The position numbers and the translations under genes are program-made. Source: a virus (taxonomy: Duplodnaviria; Caudoviricetes). Taken from it: 64,000 nucleotides of DNA. The notes under the pieces are model-generated. The model was not told where the DNA came from. It did not search any database and saw nothing but the letters and a program-made list of their open reading frames with translations. Shown one piece after another: positions 54,935 through 64,000 of the stretch (positions within the stretch are counted from its first letter, which is position 1; every line of letters starts with the position of its first letter). The DNA is taken from the IMG/VR virus record IMGVR_UViG_3300025129_000005. One strand, given 5' to 3'.

Positions 54935-57685
54935 ATTTTTCGTAATATTCACTATGACACAAAACGTAGTCGTGTATATCTTTGGGAACAAACAACAGGA
55001 ACCAATGACTATCGTATAATAGATTGGGTTCCGTATGTCTTCGAGCCTGACGATCACGGACATATTGAAACTGTTGAGGGAATTCCTGTAAGAAAGGTCG
55101 AATTCAAATCATACAGTGAGTATGTAGACTACCAGAAAAATAACATATCCAATGTATATGAAAATGAAAGCCCAAAAGAAATCCAATTCTTATCCGAGTG
55201 GTATCACAATATCCCTGATGATGCTATTGATCCTCCGAAACTTAAGATATACTCATTAGATATTGAGGTTCATACCGAAAAGGGGTTTCCTAAACCCGAT
55301 CAAGCAGCGTATCCAATTCCATTGATTAATGTCAGAGAGTTTGGAGAGGGTGGTATTAACAAGTCTTGGGGAACGAAACCATACACTGGTGAATATGATG
55401 TTGATTTTGTTCATTGTAAAAATGAACATGACCTATTAACACAGTTCTTTGATTGGTGGTATCGTAACGCTCCTGATGTTGTTACGGGCTGGAATATATC
55501 ACCGCATAACAAAACTAATGAGAGGGGAGGGTTTGACCTTCCATATCTTGTCAATCGATCAAAGAATCTCTTTGGCACGAAAGCAGATGTATATAAAAAA
55601 CTGTCACCGATTGGCATCGTTCGTTGTTGGGATGATAATAAATCTGGTGCTATGTATGTTGATATTGCAGGTGTATCTGTTCTTGATTATTTTGCGTTAT
55701 ACAAATGGTATACAACCAAGAACCCAGAGAACTATAAACTTGATACAATCGCACGTGAAGAATTAGGATTGGGTAAATTGGATTATTCAGAATACACCGA
55801 TCTTCGTACTCTATATAATGCTAACTGGAATTTGTATGTCGAGTACAACATTATTGATAACCAGAGAATTATGGAGCTTGAAGATAAATTAGGGTATATT
55901 TTGCTTGCACAATCACTTGCTCTATTATGTCGTTGTAAAATGGAACACTATACCGCATCGACCCATTTGGTTGAAGGTTTGATGTTAACGCACTTTAGAC
56001 GTAATAACCTTTGTGCGCCTAGAATGGAAGGTGGACACCAAGAATGGTTCCCTGCGGCTTTCGTCAAAGAACCTCAAAAAGGTCAGTATGACTGGATTAT
56101 AGACCTCGATATTGCATCATCCTACCCTACAGCTATCATCACCCTTAATATGTCATCAGAGACCTATTATGGGCGTTGTATCGGATATAAAGACATACAC
56201 GGAAGATGGATTGATACTGTTACAGGACGTGGTGACATGGATATTGTGGATGTTGCGCGGGCAGAAGCCCCAATATGTGATTTTGTTAAGAATCGTGAGT
56301 TTCCAACATTCAAACTATTGAAGGGTGAAGACGTTGTTTTAATGAAAGGTGACAAATTAGATAAATTCAACCGAGCATTAAAAGCGGGGCTATTAGCAGT
56401 TGCGCCGTCAGGATCTATGTATTTACAAAATAAAAAGGGATCATATGCTCAGGTTGTCCAACAGACTTATGCAAAAAGACAGGAGATCAATAAACTCAAA
56501 AAAGAGTTCAAAGGTAAAGCAACAAGAGCGAGGAATGAAGACAAAATTAAAGAATACAATATTCAGGCGAATAAATATCATGCATTACAATGGGCGTTAA
56601 AGATTGTCATCAATTCAGCATATGGTGTTACAGGTGTTCCTTATTCAAGGTTCTTTAATATTCATACCGCAGAGGCGATTTGTTCTTGTGGACGTAGAGC
56701 AATCATTACAGGACAAAATTACGTCAACCGTTGGTTCCATGATGGTGTCTGGAAGAACGAGGAAACCCTTGAACTTCTGAACAGATTAGGAGAAGTTGAT
56801 ACAGATTTCAACATCATAGAAGACATGGTATCATATATTGATACGGACTCCGTTTTCATTAAGTTGGGTGCATTTGTGGACAAGGTTGTTGGTGGGGATT
56901 GGAAAACTGCTTATGAGCAGGAGTTAATTTCTGATACAATCCTGGCATTATCAAAACACGTAGAGACATATGTTAATGATAGTGCTTATGAAGAGACACA
57001 AGTGGGTGAATACAATTCAAGGATGAGCAAAGAAGAGTTCAGTATCATGTTCAAACAGGAGATTGTCTGTAAGTCAGCATTGTTCATTACGAAGAAAAAG
57101 TATGGATATCATGTTGTTAATGAGGAAGGTGTACCATGTGATAAGATTGATGTTACTGGAATGGAAATTATCAGGTCAGAAACACCATCAGCATTTAAAG
57201 ACGCATTGAAAGATTTATTGAGTATGGTGTTGCGAAACGCACCTGATGATGTTATATTTGAGACATACAAAAAAGCAAAAGCAGAAATAAAGTTCACTTA
57301 TCCAGAAGAGATATCAGAGAACAAGGGTGTCAAAGGGTTGGGTAAGTGGTTGAGGGATGGTGAACCTATGAAGGGAACACCGTATCATGTGAAGGCGGTT
57401 GCCGCTTATCATAAGCTGTTGAGAGAATTGGAACTTGAAGATAAGTACATCAAAATAGAAGAAGATACCAAGAATAAACTTGTGTATGTGAAAAAGAACC
57501 CTTATGGAGTCAAATGTGTAATGTATGACCGTTGGCCCAAGGAGTTCACAGATGCAGGGGTTGAGCCAGATATAAAACAAATGATCGAAAAGTACCTCAC
57601 AAATAAACTCAGAATGTTACTTGAACCTGCGAAAAGGGAACATATATTAGAACAAAACCAAGCATTTAACGCATTTTTTGGATAA
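54935..57685 (+). CDS. gp43: Family B DNA polymerase (gp43-like); probable ATT start at 54935
   Basis: LDIE (ExoI), GWN...FDLPY, DIASSYP, K...NSAYG, YIDTDS, KKKY; frame is open ~129 codons upstream of the ORF-track start. Confidence 0.95.
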   Translation: MFRNIHYDTKRSRVYLWEQTTGTNDYRIIDWVPYVFEPDDHGHIETVEGIPVRKVEFKSYSEYVDYQKNNISNVYENESPKEIQFLSEWYHNIPDDAIDPPKLKIYSLDIEVHTEKGFPKPDQAAYPIPLINVREFGEGGINKSWGTKPYTGEYDVDFVHCKNEHDLLTQFFDWWYRNAPDVVTGWNISPHNKTNERGGFDLPYLVNRSKNLFGTKADVYKKLSPIGIVRCWDDNKSGAMYVDIAGVSVLDYFALYKWYTTKNPENYKLDTIAREELGLGKLDYSEYTDLRTLYNANWNLYVEYNIIDNQRIMELEDKLGYILLAQSLALLCRCKMEHYTASTHLVEGLMLTHFRRNNLCAPRMEGGHQEWFPAAFVKEPQKGQYDWIIDLDIASSYPTAIITLNMSSETYYGRCIGYKDIHGRWIDTVTGRGDMDIVDVARAEAPICDFVKNREFPTFKLLKGEDVVLMKGDKLDKFNRALKAGLLAVAPSGSMYLQNKKGSYAQVVQQTYAKRQEINKLKKEFKGKATRARNEDKIKEYNIQANKYHALQWALKIVINSAYGVTGVPYSRFFNIHTAEAICSCGRRAIITGQNYVNRWFHDGVWKNEETLELLNRLGEVDTDFNIIEDMVSYIDTDSVFIKLGAFVDKVVGGDWKTAYEQELISDTILALSKHVETYVNDSAYEETQVGEYNSRMSKEEFSIMFKQEIVCKSALFITKKKYGYHVVNEEGVPCDKIDVTGMEIIRSETPSAFKDALKDLLSMVLRNAPDDVIFETYKKAKAEIKFTYPEEISENKGVKGLGKWLRDGEPMKGTPYHVKAVAAYHKLLRELELEDKYIKIEEDTKNKLVYVKKNPYGVKCVMYDRWPKEFTDAGVEPDIKQMIEKYLTNKLRMLLEPAKREHILEQNQAFNAFFG

Positions 57686-57700
57686 AAAGGAGAATAATTT

Positions 57701-57931
57701 ATGGTGAATGATAAACTTTTTGGTGATGAAACATCCCACGTAAGGAAAGATCCTGTGTTTAGGCGTTATATGGAAGAGTATAAAATCATTGACAATCAGA
57801 TTGAGCAAATGCAGAGGCGTAGAGGGTATTTAAGTTACAATGAAGTTATAGAATTAACCAAGTTAAAGAAAATGAAACTAGCAGCTAAAGATAAATTAAA
57901 GCAATGTAAACAAAGGCAAGCGAGATATTAA
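57701..57931 (+). CDS. Small coiled-coil hypothetical protein
   Basis: SD AGGAG; LKKMKLAAKD. Confidence 0.6.
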   Translation: MVNDKLFGDETSHVRKDPVFRRYMEEYKIIDNQIEQMQRRRGYLSYNEVIELTKLKKMKLAAKDKLKQCKQRQARY

Positions 57932-58330
57932 ATGGATAAATCATGTATAGATAAAATGATCACTCAAGAATATCTGAGAGATCATCCTGATCACATATTT
58001 GTTTTCGGGGATAACATGATAGGTAAGGGTAAGAAAGATGCAGCTATACACCGAGATGAGCCTAACTCATATGGATTTATCACAAAAAAGCGACCTTCTT
58101 ATGACAATAATGCATACTACAAACCGAAAGAATATGAAAGTGTATTCAAAGAAGAAATGAGGAAATTGGTGAGAGATATAGAAGTATGTCCACATTTAAC
58201 CTTTCTCATATCTAAACTAGGCGCTGGACTGGCAAATAAGTATGGTATCTACGAAAAAGTCATCCATGACGGATTGAGAGTTCTAAAAAAATATCCAAAC
58301 GTTAAATTTTTGTTTGACTTGGATCATTAA
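57932..58330 (+). CDS. Hypothetical protein with FVFGDN motif (possibly macrodomain-like)
   Basis: FVFGDN..G.G...AA..R..PN..G..TK; LG.GLA. Confidence 0.55.
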   Translation: MDKSCIDKMITQEYLRDHPDHIFVFGDNMIGKGKKDAAIHRDEPNSYGFITKKRPSYDNNAYYKPKEYESVFKEEMRKLVRDIEVCPHLTFLISKLGAGLANKYGIYEKVIHDGLRVLKKYPNVKFLFDLDH

Positions 58331-58344
58331 AAGGAGTTTTTAAG

Positions 58345-58527
58345 ATGAAACCTGATATTAGAAAAGTATTATGCAGATGTATTGAATATGGGTTGGAAAG
58401 TGGTTATAATAGAGCGCATAAGCATGATTCAAATCCAAACAAAGATCGCATCTTGGAAGAAATCGATAATGCTATTTGGCTAGAAATATACGAATATTTT
58501 AATTTTGATGACGAAAATTCGTATTGA
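58345..58527 (+). CDS. Small hypothetical protein
   Basis: SD AGGAG. Confidence 0.6.
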   Translation: MKPDIRKVLCRCIEYGLESGYNRAHKHDSNPNKDRILEEIDNAIWLEIYEYFNFDDENSY

Positions 58528-58592
58528 CTATATCCATGGATATGGTAGTATGTAGTTGTATTTGAGAATAACCCATTCCCAAAGGATTCTAA

Positions 58593-59276
58593 ATGAACTT
58601 CCTAAAAGTTGTTGACCATACCCTTCTAAAAAATACCACAAATCTTAATGATATTGTCCGTCACTGCGACGAAGCCGTTGAAATGGAAGCATATTCTATC
58701 TGTGTTAACCCCGTATGGGTCAGAGAGTGCGCCGGTCTTCTTGAAAATGATGATGTTAAAGTCTGTACCGTTGTTGGTTTTCCTCTCGGGGCCAATTCAG
58801 CCAAGGTTAAAGCCTTTGAGGCCAAAGTTGCGGTCGAAGACGGCGCTGACGAAATCGACATGGTTATCAACATCGGTTTTGCCAAGTCCGGTTTTTTTGC
58901 TGAAATACTCGAAGAAATCAACATGGTCAAAGCCGCCATAGGTGACACAATTCTGAAAGTCATTGTTGAGACTAGTGAATTTGATGAGAAGGTCAAGAAT
59001 TCCCTGTACAAACTCGTCGCAATGAGCGATGCTGACTATATCAAGACCAGTACCGGAACTACGGAAAAAGGAGCAACGGTCGAAGACGTAAGGAAAATGG
59101 TTGAAATCGGCGGTGGTCGTTACAAGGTCAAAGCAAGCGGGGGTGTCAACAACCTCAAAATCATGAGGGAAATGATCGAAGCGGGTGCTGATCGCATTGG
59201 TACCTCTGGTGGTCTTCGTATCACAGAAGAACTTAAAGGTCACAACGTGAGTGGTCTGAAAGTTAGTAATTACTAA
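58593..59276 (+). CDS. deoC: Deoxyribose-phosphate aldolase
   Basis: DHTLLK, CVNP, TVVGFPLG, GADEIDMV, KVIVET, KTSTG, VKASGG, GA.RIGTS. Confidence 0.96.
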   Translation: MNFLKVVDHTLLKNTTNLNDIVRHCDEAVEMEAYSICVNPVWVRECAGLLENDDVKVCTVVGFPLGANSAKVKAFEAKVAVEDGADEIDMVINIGFAKSGFFAEILEEINMVKAAIGDTILKVIVETSEFDEKVKNSLYKLVAMSDADYIKTSTGTTEKGATVEDVRKMVEIGGGRYKVKASGGVNNLKIMREMIEAGADRIGTSGGLRITEELKGHNVSGLKVSNY

Positions 59277-59422
59277 TAGAACTTCAAAGAGGGGAAATTA
59301 GAAGGTAAAATTAAAGATGAATTAATAGAAATCCGACAGTAAAATAATCCTTGACTCATAATAGAATATTAGATAGAATAGGGTTGTGTCGTTGACAGAA
59401 TCCTATTCTTTTTGGAGAAAGT

Positions 59423-62400
59423 ATGAAAAAATCACTGTTAGAAATGAAACTTTGGGAAGCCCCTATTTGGTGGAATGTGATTTGTTTCGGAACGGTACTC
59501 TCATGGTTGCTCATGTTGGGCGCCAAAGCATATGTGGGTAAAACATTGACTATGTTCTTCTTTGGTGGTTGGGCGATTGGCACTTTCGCCTTTTTCGTGA
59601 CCCTGTTGTTCTTCCAAAAACAAGAACCTCGCAAAGGTGGAAAATAATGGACTACTACAAACGAATCTATAAAGGTGTTAAGAATTGTCCTTGTTGTGGT
59701 GGTGTGTCTTATTTCGGTATCGTATCGGGTGGTACCTATGCTGTTCAATGCGGAGACTGTGACCTTACAGGTAAACAAGTCAGTCTGCCTGGATATTGGT
59801 CAAAAGGTGGTGTTCGACTGATGGGTCGATTGTTCATGAGAGCATTAAAACCTTGGAATAGAAGGGTGTAATAAAGTATGAAAAATCAAGAAATTTTACA
59901 TAAACCAAGGAGAAACATCATGGCAAAACAACTTAAAGTATGGAATGGTCGCTTCATTCCGCAACCGAAAGACCAAACGGATGCCGACCTATTCAAAGCT
60001 CATAGGGGGATGTACACGCCAACGTATGCGCCTATTCCCGCGCTGATGCCTGTAGGGTTATCGAAGAGTACCTTGGGTATAGCTTCAGGGAATCTGAAAT
60101 TAAAGTGTACTGGTCACCTTGTTGGGGTAACTCCATGAAGGGTGTTAAACCTGAACGTGGTCTTTGGCTTGAGTTCAATCAATATGGGAAAGAATCATTT
60201 ATCAAGAGGGTCGTATGATGGAGTATAATAAAGTATGAAAAATCAAGAAATTTTCAGTATTATCCGAAACGAATTCACCGAGGAAATCGCGGTTAACGCA
60301 ACTATCCTCATTTTAATCAATAAAACTCTTATGCCATATAATGAAGAAATGGTCAACAATGGTCTGTATGTTGAACGTCTAAAAAGTCAATATGTTAATG
60401 TTCTGTGGCAGCTTGACAAAGAAAAACAAGATCTCTGTATGAAGATTTGGGATGTCTGGCATACATTCGAGATTGGTCATAATATGGATGGTCTTGGTGG
60501 GTGTAAGAAAAAAACTCTCAAAGAACTAATTGGTATTGAACAAGTTGATGAACCCTTGACATCGAAACAAATTCTTGATAATATGGATAGGTGAAAGGAT
60601 AATAAAATGAACGAAGACTATAATAGTAGGATAAAGAAAGTGTATTTTCTTTTAAATTATGCATTAAGTCACCTTCCACCCAATGAAGAGGAAAATCACC
60701 CATTTAAAAATGACTATGAATTAAATGTAAAACTAGCAAGAAGAAATGTATTAGAAGCATATAGTGAAATTATGAATATGATTTATGAAGAACAAGATTG
60801 TTAAAACGAATTCTTGATAATATGGATAGGTGAGTGATGAATAAATTATCAGACAATGATATAGATGAAATAATTGATCTTGTGGATCATTCATGGGAAA
60901 ATAATAAAGATTTTCGTGGTAGATATAGGAAAGAATATTTTATATCAGACTTGAGATGTTTATTGCGAAACAGGAGTTCCGGTCTGCGTGAAAATGTATG
61001 TATTCATTGTTTGGGGACAGGATATAAAACAAATGAGTAATTTTAAAGTATCAGCAACTCTACAAGCATCATTGAATGTTGATTGTCCGAAATGTGAAGA
61101 AACATTCGATGCTTTTGACCAAGACAATGCAGGTGATATCCTTACACCAATTTTTTATAATGCATGGGATGATCTAATTGGTTGTGAGTTGAGTTGTCCC
61201 TATTGTAAAGAAGAAATTGAACTTACAGAAATTATCTGGTAGGAGATAATAATTGTGCGTAAGTATAAAATTGAAATTATGGAAACTCGAATGTTATCCG
61301 AGTTGAACTGTGATATCTGTGGAATGGATATCATAAACACACCACTCGAAGAACAAGAATCAATCTCAATCTCAGATGTCGGTGGATATGGCTCTGTTTG
61401 GGGTGATGGATACGAGTACCAACTAGATATGTGTCAGCACTGCTTCAAGGAGAAACTTGGTCAATATGTGAGGATTTTGTGATATGTCCTGAATGTGATG
61501 ATACTGTTATGACCGAGGGATTATGTAAAGATTGTAGAAATACAATGTTATCTAAACATAATTGTACTGATTGTGCATGTGAATCATGGATACAACCATG
61601 TGAATCATGTGATAATCATATAAATCAAAGGAATCATTATAAATGAAACAGAAATATACACTCAAATTTGCTCTTGAAGTAGAGATTGAGATCAACGGCG
61701 AAAGACCAAGTGATGAAATTCTACAAGATCGATTTATTGATGCTGTGAGTGAGAGATTTCCTAGTGTCGTATTTGATGATGATGAACTTGATTGTACTGT
61801 ATTTGTAAATTCATGGTGTTATGATATGTTCACAATCAACGAGAACAAATAAGTGAATAGTGAATACGGAATAACTTATTATATAACAGCAGAAGACCCA
61901 AGATATCCTATTTTGGTCTTACAAGGTGAATTTGGGTCTGTTGGATATTCATTAAATAAGGAAACAGGACACTTGCATAGAGTTTGTCTATGTCATGCTC
62001 ATAATGATAATGAATGTTGCTGTGGAGCATGGAGTGAGGATATATGAATTTAACTGATGATGATTTTGTAAAAATTTGTGAAGACGCCAACGAATCGTAC
62101 AATAAACAGTCTGATTATTTTGTTGTTCAGAAAGACTTTCGTGATAGTTATGATTATCATTTGATTATGTCTACAGCAAAACATCTATTCAAAAAAGAGA
62201 ATGATTTGAGGGATGTCATCAGAGAAGTTCAAAATATCTGTATTGAATCACTTGATAATGTTGGTGAAATTTGTATGAATACCGAAGATTCAGCAAAAGT
62301 CTTAACTATGCTAAATTATAAAGTGAAATAAAAAGTGTTGAATATGAGAAATAAATTCTTATCAGAGTTAATGGGATTAAAATATCATGAAGTAACACAT

Positions 62401-63518
62401 TCTCCATACGTGTTTGAGCTTGAAGGTATATCCGAGACTCGTTACAAACATAAATGTTCATGTGGTGCTGGATGGAATTCTATTCACGAATATGATGTAT
62501 GTATTACAAGAAACCTTGATTTTTCCACATGGGATAGTTTCGGTAAACTGTGGGAGTTCTCAGTCAAAAAAGACTGGTGGAATGAATTTGCTTGTGAACA
62601 AATTGAAACTATCACAGGTAACTATAGTTCATGGCTTGACGAAGAAATGATTAATCCTAGCGTATTTGCAGATAAAATTTACGAATTCTTGAAGGAGAGA
62701 TAAAATGAGTGGTGGACATTTTGATTATCAACAATACCGTCTTCATGATATAGCACAAAGTATTGAAGAAATTATTGCTCATAATAATGTTGAAAATGAG
62801 TATGGATATTCTTATGGATTTTCAGAAGAAACTCTTGAAGAATTTCGTAAAGCAGTAGACTACTTAAAAATTGCTGAAGTTTATGTTCAACGTGTTGACT
62901 GGTTGGTATCTGGTGATGATGGTGAAGATGATTTCCATAAACGGCTGAAAAAAGAACTTCAAAAAATTGTTGCGAGATAAATTATATGAAATATGAAGAA
63001 GCAAAAATCCGGTGTCACATAAGATCCGCGATTTATCGGGAAGCGGAACCTCACATCAAATATTGGAAGAATCATCCAAAAACATTAGATGAAAGGGTTA
63101 TAGAATATGATAAACTATGCAGTGATTGGAAAGAGTATGATCCTAGAGAAGACGATGATTGTTCGTTATCATTTTTTAACGATTAAAGATTGAAAAAAAC
63201 AGATGTTGACTTTTTCTTTGTATTAGGATATGATATATGTATAAACGATGAAGGGATTCTAAAATGTTCTATAAAACTGTGGAATTTAAGAAACGTATTG
63301 ATGGTACCATGTATGCACATTTTCAGAATGTACCGGGGGATCGAGAGGAAATTGAGACCAAACCGAATCCTTGCGGTTTCTACGATCATCCACAAGATAT
63401 GCCTGATCAAGAGGCTTTTGTGACGCTTAAACAAGCCATGATAGATAATTATAAAAATGAAATAAAAGCCTTAGAAAAATTAATAGCTTCTGTGGAGAAT
63501 GTACAATATAAAAACTGA
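59423..63518 (+). other. Array of ~20 small hypothetical ORFs, many Cys-rich, typical of a phage early/accessory region
   Basis: Tightly packed + strand ORFs with SD sequences; Lar-like CPCCG..CGDC at 59648; direct repeats at junctions. Confidence 0.7.
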
Positions 63519-63547
63519 ATTTATTAATTTAATCGATACGTTAAAAG

Positions 63548-63576
63548 TTGACTTGAATAATCGTTTATAGTATCAT
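63548..63576 (+). promoter_or_regulatory. sigma70-like promoter for the rRNA-mimic RNA
   Basis: TTGACT-17-TATCAT. Confidence 0.75.
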
Positions 63577-63592
63577 ATACATAGTGGTTGAG

Positions 63593-63858
<266 letters not shown>

Positions 63859-64000
63859 AAATGAATAGTAGTTGTAGAAGTGTCGATGTATGAAATTCGC
63901 TCTTTCGTTATTAGGTAGCACCTATAAAATTCGATAACTACAACTACTGTTCATACATTAATACTAACAAAACCTCATCATTTATGAACAAGTGATGAGG

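Overview
AT-rich 64-kb segment of a large lytic dsDNA phage with a T4-like replication module: gp32, gp41, gp43, gp44/62, gp45, gp61, UvsW/UvsY, an RNase H-type 5' nuclease, HU, ThyX, dUTPase and class II RNR. It has TATAAATA late promoters and sigma70-like early promoters. The left end carries 17 tRNA genes, several of non-canonical architecture, interspersed with structured non-coding RNAs, including a GOLLD-like ~850-nt RNA with an embedded D-armless tRNA-like element. The host is probably a Desulfuromonadia/Desulfobacterota anaerobe, inferred from two phage-encoded PpcA-type triheme cytochromes c7. Highlights: (1) an apparently complete phage-borne ubiquitin-like conjugation module (Ubl, E2-like, ThiF/E1, JAB protease) at 34.5-37.6 kb; (2) tandem triheme cytochromes; (3) a promoter-driven copy of the 23S rRNA uL11-binding domain split by a 200-nt insert; (4) a uvsW gene broken into three pieces by a split intein plus homing endonuclease and by a methylase-nuclease cassette; (5) many proteins with T4 capsid-targeting-like N-termini; (6) probable AUU starts, including the DNA polymerase. 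All protein calls come from motif recognition by eye, not database searches. Three homopolymer frameshifts suggest possible assembly indels.
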